The notes beneath the pieces were generated by a model that saw only the letters and a list, made by a program, of their open reading frames with translations, ran no database searches and was not told where the DNA came from. This document shows, in pieces, positions 27,610-36,537 of a DNA stretch of 64,000 bases. A program made the position numbers and the translations under genes. Each line of letters begins with the position of its first letter. Position 1 is the stretch's first letter. Where the stretch lies: IMG/VR virus record IMGVR_UViG_3300042256_000025; one strand, 5' to 3'. This DNA comes from a virus. Taxonomy: Duplodnaviria > Caudoviricetes.

Positions 27610-28831
27610 CGAAGTTACCCAAACTACCCACGTCTACACTGCTGTCGATTTGACCAACCAGATAAGACGACAACTCTGTTTCCTGTGGAGCGGGTTGTAC
27701 CGCATCAGAGGTTACCCAGCTACGCATCCAGGGTAGGGGGTTTGACTTCAGATGCCCTACGATGGGCCCCCAGCCCAGGTTATCGGATGCCTCATCGGCA
27801 ACCCATTCTAGGTACTCATTCAGGATACGGGCATTAAGGCCGATCATGCTTCCGTCTTTAAAGAGATATTCAATCCATTCAGACTCCTGATCCTTACAGT
27901 CCACCAGAATCTGTTTAAACTCAGCTTGATGGGTTTTAAAGATCTCCTGCATCACAGGATCATTTTCACGCGACCCAATCAGTAGATTCAAAATCTGTTT
28001 GGTGCCTGTCTTATGCAAGAGCTCGTCCCTGCATATGAAACGTACAATCTTAGCGTTACCTTCCATTACACCGCGTTCGGCAAAGGCAAAGGAGCAAGCA
28101 AAGGACACGTAGAAGCGAATAGCCTCCAGTGCATAAACCGATACCATTGCCCGCGCCAGGTGGTACTTCATATTGCGTTCACTGCAGTCGTAGGTAATAC
28201 CAGCGACAGTGTGCTGTCCAAAGGACCCTACCACTGAGTAGATATTAACTAGCTCAATAAAGCGGTCATACTCTTCTGTAACGGCGGTTGCTCGCTTGAT
28301 GATCTCAGGCGTCACCATGATTTCATCCAGTACCGCACTGGGGTCATTAAAGACATTTCGCACGATATGGGTATATGAACGAGAATGCACAGTCTCCGAA
28401 TACGACCAGTTCTCAAGCCAGTTTTCCAATTCGGGTAGAGAACATACTGGTAAGAAAGCAATCGTTGGTGAGCGACCTTGTACAGAGTCCAGCAGAATCT
28501 GGTATTTTAGGTTCGAGATAAAAATGTGCTGCTCATGCGGATCCAGGTTTGCGAAGTCTTTACGATCTCCGGTAACATCAACCTCTTCTGGACGCCAGAA
28601 GTACGAGAGCTGCTTCTCGGATAGCTTTTCAAAGATCTCGTACTTACGTCGATCAAACCGTGCAACATTAATACACTCGCCAAAGAACATCGGCTGTGTA
28701 GTCGCATCCACCGCTTTCTTATTAAAGGTTGAAAACGGCTTATGGGTAACCGGCGCAGCTTTTACACTATCGTCCAGAAAAGCAACGTGGTCTTCTACAT
28801 AGGTAGGCATTGGGGTAGATTTACTATTCAT
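27590..28831 (-). CDS. nrdB: Ribonucleotide reductase class Ia, beta subunit
   Basis: FWRPEEV, LDSVQGR, ETVHSRSYTH, LEAIRFYVSF, RDELLH and APQETE..SY. Confidence 0.97.
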   Translation of the reverse strand: MNSKSTPMPTYVEDHVAFLDDSVKAAPVTHKPFSTFNKKAVDATTQPMFFGECINVARFDRRKYEIFEKLSEKQLSYFWRPEEVDVTGDRKDFANLDPHEQHIFISNLKYQILLDSVQGRSPTIAFLPVCSLPELENWLENWSYSETVHSRSYTHIVRNVFNDPSAVLDEIMVTPEIIKRATAVTEEYDRFIELVNIYSVVGSFGQHTVAGITYDCSERNMKYHLARAMVSVYALEAIRFYVSFACSFAFAERGVMEGNAKIVRFICRDELLHKTGTKQILNLLIGSRENDPVMQEIFKTHQAEFKQILVDCKDQESEWIEYLFKDGSMIGLNARILNEYLEWVADEASDNLGWGPIVGHLKSNPLPWMRSWVTSDAVQPAPQETELSSYLVGQIDSSVDVGSLGNFDDGFDF

Positions 28832-28876
28832 TTTACATCCTTTAAACGTAGGGGAGGCTACCCTCCCCGGTTTACA

Positions 28877-31141
28877 TTAAAGCTTACAGGCACCGCCTTC
28901 ACAACCATCATCCATCTTCGCAATGGCATCAGCGTCGTTACCATCACGGGTATTATGGTAATAAAGGGTCTTGATACCAATGTGGTGGGCATACACCATT
29001 TCCTTCAGTACCGTTTGAATGGGCACCTTGCCATTAGGGTAACGAGCCGGGTCATGGTTGGTGTTAGCAGAGATTGCCTGATCGACAAACTTCTGCATGA
29101 TGGCCACTAGGTTCAGATAGCCTCGGTTAGATTTAATGTCCCATACGCACTCGTAAATGTCTTTCAGGTTTTCATAGTCGGCTACTACCTGTGCCATAAT
29201 CGCGTCTTTATTGGTCTTGTACATGACCAGACCACGCGGTGGCTCAATGCCATTGATGGAGTTGGTAACCGCTGATGACGTCTCACACGGCATGATCGCG
29301 GTGACTGTAGAGTTACGTAGACCATGTGCAAGAATGTCCTTACGCAATCCCTCCCAGTCGCACAGGTAATCGAAGACACCTAGTTTGTCAACATTCTTAC
29401 AGTAACGGTCGATCGGAAGTACACCTTGACTGTACGTAGTTTCATTAAACTTAGGACAGGGGCCAAATTCCTGTGCTAGTTTATTCGAGGCTTTGAGCAG
29501 CCAATACTGCATAGCCTCAAACAGATTGTGCGTCACCTCTAAACCACTGTCATCGCTATACCGCTTACCATGCTTAGCCAAGTATGTGGCAAAGCCAGTT
29601 ACACCAACGCCTAGGGCACGTCGATCCAGCCCACCACGCTGTCCAGCTGGCACTGGGTAATTCTGGTAATCGAGCAGTGCATCGAGTAAACGAATGATGA
29701 GTTCGGAAAGTTCCTCCAACTCACTCAGGTCCTCTAGTGCACCGACGTTGAATGCGGCCAAGGTACAAAGTGCAATTTCACCTTGATCGCCGTTGACGTC
29801 ATTCATTGGTTTTGTGGGCAAGCACACCTCCAGGCAGAGGTTAACGAGGTAGATTGCAGCGACTTTAGGATCGAAGGGACCATTGTTTACGTGATCGACG
29901 TTCATCACATAAATGCGGCCCGTAGCCGCACGTTCCATCCCCACTAAGCCGAATAGATCAACCGCCTTTACGGTTTTCTTACGTACAGAAGGATCCGCTT
30001 CGTACTTTTCATATAGCTCTGCAAAGCGTACTTGGTCTTGGAAGAAGGCATCATAGAGGCCGGGTACATCAGAGGGACTGAAGAGCGTAATGTTCCCACC
30101 GGTCTTTAGCCGGGTATAGAGGAAGTCATTAATCTGTACCCCATAGTCTAAACCACGACAGCGACTTTCTTCAGTACCTTTATTGTTCTTCAGTACCACG
30201 AGGTCTTCCACCTCATAGTGCCAGAGTGGGAAGAAGAGTGTGGCAGAGCCATCACGTACAGCCCCCTGCGAGCACGACTTAACAGCGCTGTGGAAATGTT
30301 TAATAAAGGGAATGAGTCCTGTGTGCTCTGCTTCCCCATTACGGATGGACGATCCCTTCGCACGAATACGACCTGCGTTTATACCGATGCCGGAGCGTTG
30401 GGAAATGTATTTTACGATAGCTGAAGCTGTAGCGTTAATAGAGTCGAGGGAATCTCCACTGTCTACCTTAACACAGGAGCTAAATTGACGGGTTGGGGTA
30501 CGGGCACCCGCCATAATTGGAGTGGGCAGAGAAATCTTACCGTTAGACAATGCTGTATAAAAGCGTTTAATCAAATCCATACGCTGTTCTTTAGGGTAAC
30601 CCGAGTACAGGGCCATGGGGATAAGCATGAACGCTTGCTGTGGACTTTCGAATAGCTGACCCGTTACACGGTTCTGTAGAAGATACTTCTTCTGCAGCTG
30701 ACGGGCTGCAATATACGCAAGGTCCAGATCCTTAGTGTGGTCCAGTACGGAGTTCAGTTCTTGATACTCCTCCCAGCTATAGGTGTTCAGTAGATCTGGG
30801 TCATAGCGACCGGCTTCAACCTGGGTCTTCACATGGTCATACAGATGTGGTGGCTCAAACTGCCCAAAGGCCCGCTTACGCATCTGAAAGATCAGGAGGC
30901 GACCAGCGGCATACTGCGTATCAGGGTATTCTTCTGAGATTAAACCAGCGGCTGCGTTAATGAGTTCTTCGTGCAGTGCATCGGAGGTAATGCCATCGTA
31001 GATGCTTCGGCTGGCGGACATAAGAATCTGTGACGGGTAGGCAGTCTTCAGTCCTTCACAGGCCCACTGGACGGGCTTATTGACTTTATCCGCTTGGTAA
31101 CTTTCCAATCGGCCATCACGCTTGAGTATTTTAATATCCAT
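28877..31141 (-). CDS. nrdA: Ribonucleotide reductase class Ia, alpha subunit
   Basis: N-terminal ATP cone; PTPIMAG, QFSSC, NLCLE, KTLYY and C-terminal CEGGAC. Confidence 0.97.
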   Translation of the reverse strand: MDIKILKRDGRLESYQADKVNKPVQWACEGLKTAYPSQILMSASRSIYDGITSDALHEELINAAAGLISEEYPDTQYAAGRLLIFQMRKRAFGQFEPPHLYDHVKTQVEAGRYDPDLLNTYSWEEYQELNSVLDHTKDLDLAYIAARQLQKKYLLQNRVTGQLFESPQQAFMLIPMALYSGYPKEQRMDLIKRFYTALSNGKISLPTPIMAGARTPTRQFSSCVKVDSGDSLDSINATASAIVKYISQRSGIGINAGRIRAKGSSIRNGEAEHTGLIPFIKHFHSAVKSCSQGAVRDGSATLFFPLWHYEVEDLVVLKNNKGTEESRCRGLDYGVQINDFLYTRLKTGGNITLFSPSDVPGLYDAFFQDQVRFAELYEKYEADPSVRKKTVKAVDLFGLVGMERAATGRIYVMNVDHVNNGPFDPKVAAIYLVNLCLEVCLPTKPMNDVNGDQGEIALCTLAAFNVGALEDLSELEELSELIIRLLDALLDYQNYPVPAGQRGGLDRRALGVGVTGFATYLAKHGKRYSDDSGLEVTHNLFEAMQYWLLKASNKLAQEFGPCPKFNETTYSQGVLPIDRYCKNVDKLGVFDYLCDWEGLRKDILAHGLRNSTVTAIMPCETSSAVTNSINGIEPPRGLVMYKTNKDAIMAQVVADYENLKDIYECVWDIKSNRGYLNLVAIMQKFVDQAISANTNHDPARYPNGKVPIQTVLKEMVYAHHIGIKTLYYHNTRDGNDADAIAKMDDGCEGGACKL

Positions 31142-31349
31142 CTATACAACCTTAATGGTGGTCAGGTGAGAGCAATAAGGGCCTCTATAGCCAATCGCTA
31201 TAGAGACTCCTAGTAAAGGGGTGTGGGAATCGTTTTGGTCTTCCCTGTGACACATGATTCGGTCTGGAATCTCCTCGTACAGGATCAGGGGAGAGGATAA
31301 AAGAAAAAATAAAGAGAGGTGCCCCAGCCCGAAGGCTGGGGGCTGTAGG

Positions 31350-32024
31350 TTAAGCGGCGAGTGTGCTAAGGATTACCTTAGCACTGGCCTCGTTCTGTAC
31401 ATACCGTATTTCGTCCCCAATGATGGGAGTGTACTCCTCCCATCCATATTTGACATCATTAAGGATAATTTCACCATCCTCAACTTTAATTCCCACTGCC
31501 TTGCCGTGACGCTTAGCGCCTACCACAAGACCCTTTTCGATAAGGGCCTTGGCCACATTGGTGGGTAGTGTAACCGAGGCAACCTCCCCCCGGCACACGC
31601 GTATGCTCTCTGCAGCAACATCCAAGAATGCGCTGCCGTCTTTGGAGAAGGCATCTTTTGCCATCTTTTCGAACTCAGTGCCGATGGCACCGTTCATAAG
31701 TTCAATGGCGTTGGCGATCACGCCTGCATCGGCTGTGATATCGCCCTGGAGGCATGCCGCCCGGCGGACTTCCGGCGCCTCATTAGAGACGATTACGTTA
31801 CCTCCAGCGTAGCGCTGGAAGATTACAACGTTAGCCGGCGACTTCGCCAGCAGAAGGGGAAGAATTACCCCCTTCCGGCCAGCATTGTCTTCGAACTTAA
31901 CCGGTTCAGAGACCGGCTCCCAAACGGCATTATCCATGTAACCGGTGCTGTTTGCCCATTCGCTATTGAACTCTACCTGATTATCGATGTTTTCGAATAC
32001 GTCGTTAAAGTCGATGTAGTACAT
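31350..32024 (-). CDS. Hypothetical early protein
   Basis: 224 aa; strong RBS; promoter at 32120 and terminator at 31322-31342. Confidence 0.75.
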   Translation of the reverse strand: MYYIDFNDVFENIDNQVEFNSEWANSTGYMDNAVWEPVSEPVKFEDNAGRKGVILPLLLAKSPANVVIFQRYAGGNVIVSNEAPEVRRAACLQGDITADAGVIANAIELMNGAIGTEFEKMAKDAFSKDGSAFLDVAAESIRVCRGEVASVTLPTNVAKALIEKGLVVGAKRHGKAVGIKVEDGEIILNDVKYGWEEYTPIIGDEIRYVQNEASAKVILSTLAA

Positions 32025-32119
32025 TGTAATTCCCTCCTTAGGGATTTGCGGTGGTCAGCGTCACCGTTAGGTATAATAGAATGCTGACGGAGACTGTTTA
32101 TTCACGTATCTCCATTAAA

Positions 32120-32129
32120 GTGATATAGG
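32120..32129 (-). promoter_or_regulatory. Early promoter variant CCTATATCAC
   Basis: One-base variant of the motif. Confidence 0.7.
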
Positions 32130-32153
32130 CCTTAAATATCACTGGATCGCTAA

Positions 32154-32711
32154 TTACAGGGCCTTTACCTTCGGAATAACACGAACGTGATAGCCCGTAT
32201 CAAACTGACCCTTACATTCAATACCAGGTGTTCCCTCTATAAGGCCCCATGCCTCGGCTGAGATCAGTGCCTCTTTCTCTTCGAAGACGTACTCTAGGGC
32301 TAACATACGTTGGGTATCTCGATACCCTTCATCATCAGGGGTAAGGTCCACCAACGCATCTATACCCAATGCATTGAAGATGCGTTTCTTGGATCTCTGA
32401 ATCCACCCGCTATCGGGTATGCGAGTGCCTCGACGGGCAGACGAAATCTGTCGCTCCTCGTGGGAGCCCAGTAGTAGGCGCAGCGGGTACATGTGCCCAT
32501 TGCCAGTGTGTATAGCCCCCTTAGGGACAAGTGCCCTGTGGTAGAACCCACTGGGCTTATGTTTAATATTCAGAATGTCCTCGATTAGGATAGTCTGGAT
32601 GAAGGGGGAGTTATCATTCTCCCCTAACAATATTTGGTAATAGACGTTTTCTTCGTCCTTACCTGAGGCGCGCATGTACAGCACGCCGTTTTTTTCTGCA
32701 AAGATAGCCAT
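32154..32711 (-). CDS. Hypothetical protein
   Basis: 185 aa; RBS AAGGAGG. Confidence 0.7.
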   Translation of the reverse strand: MAIFAEKNGVLYMRASGKDEENVYYQILLGENDNSPFIQTILIEDILNIKHKPSGFYHRALVPKGAIHTGNGHMYPLRLLLGSHEERQISSARRGTRIPDSGWIQRSKKRIFNALGIDALVDLTPDDEGYRDTQRMLALEYVFEEKEALISAEAWGLIEGTPGIECKGQFDTGYHVRVIPKVKAL

Positions 32712-32740
32712 AACTGTGTCCTCCTTAGGACGTGGTATAA

Positions 32741-33196
32741 TTATTTAATGTCTTTTAGAAAGGTGTGGCCACCATAGGTCAGCACAACTTTCTTAGGATC
32801 GTACCACGACATGTCCGTCGCAGTACGGGTATTCAGGTAATGAAGCGTGTTTTTAGGTAACATACGCTTCGGGTTTTCATACAGGTAGGTATACACTACC
32901 TGCGCTGCAGCACGCTCCTCTTCAAGCGTATACACACGACGCTTATCAGCCGGCGTACTGGTCCACGAGAACTGTTTGTGGTCGTGGATGATTGTGCATG
33001 AGGTGTCCTTGTACCGGTAACCGGCTTCCAGACGGTTAAGGGCAACCTCTGTGGCCAGGGCCATGCCCTTAGGTCCCTGATCAGCCGCCTCGTAGATGGC
33101 GTTCTCGATCAGACACTTATGCTCCAGAGACACACGTGCGTCTGTGTGTCCGGACATCAATTCAATAACCAAAGCCATTTCCATTAATGGGATCAT
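32741..33196 (-). CDS. SleB-like cell wall hydrolase (Hydrolase_2)
   Basis: CLIENAIYEA, EVALNR, KQFSWT and GGHTF. Confidence 0.85.
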   Translation of the reverse strand: MIPLMEMALVIELMSGHTDARVSLEHKCLIENAIYEAADQGPKGMALATEVALNRLEAGYRYKDTSCTIIHDHKQFSWTSTPADKRRVYTLEEERAAAQVVYTYLYENPKRMLPKNTLHYLNTRTATDMSWYDPKKVVLTYGGHTFLKDIK

Positions 33197-33233
33197 GGTG
33201 TCCTCCTTAGGACTCGGTATTTGTAAGTAGGTG

Positions 33234-33578
33234 TTACTTGTTTACGTGCTTACGGATACGCGCTTTAACGTCATCTAACGACCCGTACTCACCATTCTCT
33301 TCAATAAATGGTTTAATAATCGCCAGTGAATCTTTGCGCACCTTAACGATCAACTTACGTTGGGTCAAATTATTGACGATCTCGGTCAAGAAGGCGCTGC
33401 GCAGGCGCTCTCGGCCCATCATGTCTTTAAGCTCTGAAAAGCTGAGATTCAAGGTGGGGGATAAGTCGGTCAGGGCATGTCGGTTATCAGTCTGTAAGTT
33501 GCGTTTACCAATCGCTTGCAGAATGGTAAGTTGTTCTTCAATATCAGCCAATACGGCCAATTCCATTTTCTTCATCAT
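33234..33578 (-). CDS. Hypothetical protein
   Basis: RBS AAGGAG. Confidence 0.65.
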   Translation of the reverse strand: MMKKMELAVLADIEEQLTILQAIGKRNLQTDNRHALTDLSPTLNLSFSELKDMMGRERLRSAFLTEIVNNLTQRKLIVKVRKDSLAIIKPFIEENGEYGSLDDVKARIRKHVNK

Positions 33579-33587
33579 CTTATCTCC

Positions 33588-34145
33588 TTAGGCCTTACCG
33601 GCCCACTCTATCTTACGCGCCAACAGCATGTTTTTGCCATGCTCTTTGTCATAGCAGTTCTTCGCTTCGAATAGTCGAACGAACGCCTCCTCGGCGTCGT
33701 CGTCAATCTCAACCTCGTCAGACGGGATTGCGATCCACCCATAGGAACATAGGTTGACGTTATCTCCGTCTTTTACAAACTGATCCACCATCGGGGTTAG
33801 ATGGCAATCAATGTCTTTAGACGTACCATAGAGGGGTTCGAACAGAGCCGAACTGTACTGGGTAACTCCGGTAGGCTTATCCTTATAAAAGACTGCACAC
33901 CAGAACTGCCAGTTCCGGGGGTAGGTCTTATAGTGATTAAGGACGAACTGGATAGCTTCCGCTCGCTTTTGAGTACCATTTACATAATTGCCAATGGCCT
34001 CACACCCATACACCTCTACGCGTTGGGTAAGTAGGCCTCCGACAATAAGAACCTTACGGGCCATGTTATTGACCAGAGAGCGCTGGAAGGACGTAAGTGC
34101 CTTACCTTTTATGGAGGTAAGTTTAACGCTATGTTTATTACTCAT
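33588..34145 (-). CDS. Hypothetical phage protein
   Basis: 185 aa; TAATG coupling. Confidence 0.65.
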   Translation of the reverse strand: MSNKHSVKLTSIKGKALTSFQRSLVNNMARKVLIVGGLLTQRVEVYGCEAIGNYVNGTQKRAEAIQFVLNHYKTYPRNWQFWCAVFYKDKPTGVTQYSSALFEPLYGTSKDIDCHLTPMVDQFVKDGDNVNLCSYGWIAIPSDEVEIDDDAEEAFVRLFEAKNCYDKEHGKNMLLARKIEWAGKA

Positions 34146-34369
34146 TAGAAATGTACTCCTACCTGGCGCAGTGAGAGGGCACGGTTAATTTCCTTGACTC
34201 GGGCAAGCCAAGGCTCCAGATCAACCTCGGCCTTAATTAAATCTCGCCCCTCTTTAAGGAGGGCAGAAACTAGACAATCTTCCTCATTGAGGTGGCGCTT
34301 GTCGCCTACCATAAGCTCGAGTGAGCGGATGGCATGTTGGACATTGAAAGTAGGGGATTGAATGTTCAT
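34145..34369 (-). CDS. Small early protein
   Basis: RBS AAGGAG; promoter at 34406. Confidence 0.65.
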   Translation of the reverse strand: MNIQSPTFNVQHAIRSLELMVGDKRHLNEEDCLVSALLKEGRDLIKAEVDLEPWLARVKEINRALSLRQVGVHF

Positions 34370-34405
34370 GGTAGTCTCCTTAGACTGTTGGGTGTATCCA
34401 TTAAG

Positions 34406-34415
34406 GTGATATAGG
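34406..34415 (-). promoter_or_regulatory. Early promoter variant CCTATATCAC
   Basis: Motif copy. Confidence 0.7.
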
Positions 34416-34466
34416 TGTAAAATTGAAATGAAAGCATAAATCCCATTACCCCAGAATGGGTAATGG

Positions 34467-35600
34467 TTATAGCTTTATTAAACGGGTGCAGTTTGAATCG
34501 GTAGTAAAAAAGCCAGGGATAGTGTGTTGCTCTACTAAACGTCTACGGACATTAAATGAAGTAGAGTGCACCATGTGCCCTAAGTAGCTATTAATCGTTG
34601 ACTGTACACGATCCCGCTCTGTCCAAAAATCACTGTAGTCGACTACAATTGAATTAGCTGTAGTCAATATACAATTCCGCGTATATCGTCTCCATGGTTT
34701 ATGGACGTATCCTACGAAATTAATGCCTTGTGAGGCCGGCGTAATGGTACATTTATCTGGATGGACAGTTAACTCAAGTCGTTGTTTCAAGTATTGTCCG
34801 ATTTGTACTTTCCATTCTTCCAGCTCGCTGCGGTTGGTTGAGAGAATAACCGCGTCGTCTACGTAGCGAACGTAGGCTTTCACGCCTAAAACATGCTTGA
34901 CAAATTTATCAAAGTCATCTAGATACACGTTACTTGCAACTTGACTCAACAGATTTCCGATCGGTAAGCCATAGTTATACGGTACGTTCCAAAGTGACTT
35001 GTGTTTAGGTACGAGCTCAAACTGGCTATTCGGTTTTATAATCGGATTTACCGTAGGGTCGTTCCACAGTACCAGGTAAAGTAGATTAGATGTGAGGGAC
35101 GATGAAGGTTCACCCACATGTCGTTCAAACTTATCCCACAGTATGTACTTGTTTATAGATACGAAAAAGTTCTTTATATCAAACTGTAGAACGAAGCAGT
35201 CAGTTGCGTAGTTACGGGTTACCCTGCGATGTAGCGCGGTGACCCTATTCGAGGCGGCTAGTGTACCCCTACCCTTAATGCAGCTGTAGGTATCCTCAAT
35301 AAAGCGTTCCTCTAAGTATCGGCCAATATCTGCGTAGATAAGGTGGTGTACGATACGATCCCTAAACTGTGCCGCCCATATCTCCCGAGGTTTAGGTCGC
35401 GTTACTACGAAGACCTCGGATCGACCTATCTCATAATTGCCGTTGTTCACCTCGTCTAATAGAGTTAAAAGATTGTCCTCGAACCTTAGCTCAAATTCAA
35501 GGGCTGAACGCTTGTTGCGCTTCAAACGCCTACAGTCTAGATAGGCATAAAGTATATCTTCGTACGTGTACCGGTCCCGAAGGACTATCGGTGTAGACAC
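34467..35600 (-). CDS. DGR reverse transcriptase
   Basis: AYLDCRRLKR, KPREIWAAQFRDRIVHH, GLPIGNLLSQ (DGR-type SQ), YVRYVDD and GINFVGY. Confidence 0.97.
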   Translation of the reverse strand: MSTPIVLRDRYTYEDILYAYLDCRRLKRNKRSALEFELRFEDNLLTLLDEVNNGNYEIGRSEVFVVTRPKPREIWAAQFRDRIVHHLIYADIGRYLEERFIEDTYSCIKGRGTLAASNRVTALHRRVTRNYATDCFVLQFDIKNFFVSINKYILWDKFERHVGEPSSSLTSNLLYLVLWNDPTVNPIIKPNSQFELVPKHKSLWNVPYNYGLPIGNLLSQVASNVYLDDFDKFVKHVLGVKAYVRYVDDAVILSTNRSELEEWKVQIGQYLKQRLELTVHPDKCTITPASQGINFVGYVHKPWRRYTRNCILTTANSIVVDYSDFWTERDRVQSTINSYLGHMVHSTSFNVRRRLVEQHTIPGFFTTDSNCTRLIKL

Positions 35601-35608
35601 TTGCTTTA

Positions 35609-35734
35609 TCTCCGGAAAGGCACTACCCAGTTACTGTTGTTCTTGTTGTTGTTGTTCCAATTCCCATTGCCAAAGTTCAGGTTCCAGGCGTTGTTGGAAT
35701 TGTTCTCGGTAGAGGACCAGACGTTCGTCGTGGT
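35609..35734 (-). repeat. DGR template repeat (TR)
   Basis: 126 nt, 43 adenines, 16 AAY codons; reads TTTNVWSSTENNSNNAWNLNFGNGNWNNNNKNNSNWVVPFRR. Confidence 0.97.
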
Positions 35735-35892
35735 GTTAGACCATAGACTCGAATCACACCGACATGTCGCCACCTCGGTTAGACGCTTTTAGCCTTTTAC
35801 CGCATGGGTGCTATGGTCCGAGATAGTGGACGTCTACGCCGACCTTGGTCTAAGCGCACTCTGTCTGTGTCTCCGATAGTCCATTCGTAATG

Positions 35893-36297
35893 TTAAATTC
35901 TGGCGTCGGTTATAATTGCACCAGCCCACTGTTTTTGCTGTACTGTACAGGCAACGAGTCGTTGGACTTGTTTACCAAACCCAATTTGTCCGCGCTCTCC
36001 AGTCGACACCGCACGCACATCATAGGCAATACGATATGATAAGAGCAATGCTTGGAGGTGGTGATTTATCTCCTTTACTAGTTGCAATTTTCTATTTCTG
36101 TCATTAACCTCCTCGTAGGCTAAGAATATTGAAAGAGTCAGACTAGTGGCCTGATCGATTAGCTTCGTACCTAAGGTAAATTTAAACTGCTTAGGCATTC
36201 GTGATACTAAAATGTGGGTGTCTTTGAGTATACTCCTTGCCAGCTGATATAATTTTGTACGTTCGTGAGGTTGAATTTGATGCTCTAGATTTGTCAT
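35893..36297 (-). CDS. avd: Accessory variability determinant (Avd, four-helix bundle)
   Basis: Basic helical protein with RMPKQFKFTLGTKL, between target and TR; start taken at MTNLEH (track ORF begins at 36348). Confidence 0.85.
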   Translation of the reverse strand: MTNLEHQIQPHERTKLYQLARSILKDTHILVSRMPKQFKFTLGTKLIDQATSLTLSIFLAYEEVNDRNRKLQLVKEINHHLQALLLSYRIAYDVRAVSTGERGQIGFGKQVQRLVACTVQQKQWAGAIITDARI

Positions 36298-36332
36298 ACA
36301 AAATACAGTGGGTTGGTAAATAAAAAAAAACA

Positions 36333-36362
36333 CCCTGTAACCGCCCACGCGCGGTTACAGGG
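36333..36362 (-). terminator. Terminator-like hairpin between target gene and avd
   Basis: CCCTGTAACCGC/GCGGTTACAGGG stem followed by a T-run on the minus strand. Confidence 0.7.
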
Positions 36363-36513
36363 GGCATACATTTTGGACCCAGTCCCTACAAAGGGGCTGG
36401 GTAGCCTGTAGGGCTTTTAAATGGAGTAAGGGTAGTAAGGGCAGCCCTACAAAGGGCAAGCCCTAAAAGCAGTGTCCTTTAAAGGACACTCACAGTGACA
36501 GAGTATTGAAAGT

Positions 36514-36537
36514 GAATACCCGTTTAAACGGGTATTC
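36514..36537. promoter_or_regulatory. Perfect 24-bp palindrome at the VR 3' end (candidate retrohoming cruciform)
   Basis: GAATACCCGTTTAAACGGGTATTC; absent after the TR. Confidence 0.7.

Noticed and set aside
27590-31141. Inteins or introns in nrdAB (also considered for terminase and polymerase)
   Set aside because: Lengths are ordinary, motifs are contiguous and no intein C...HN signature is visible.
34380-34466. attR-like duplicate of the tRNA 3' end at the far side of the DGR
   Set aside because: No such repeat and no integrase seen, so the DGR is not called an integrative element.
34467-35600. RT as a retron, group II intron or Abi RT
   Set aside because: The SQ motif, Avd and adenine-specific TR/VR pair identify a DGR; no maturase domain or VTG retron motif.
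35630-35660. GTT microsatellite or CRISPR-like repeat
   Set aside because: These are the AAC codons of the TR. I saw no repeat-spacer array in the window.
35601-35792. 63-aa hydrophobic ORF over the TR
   Set aside because: Antisense reading of the AAC-rich TR.
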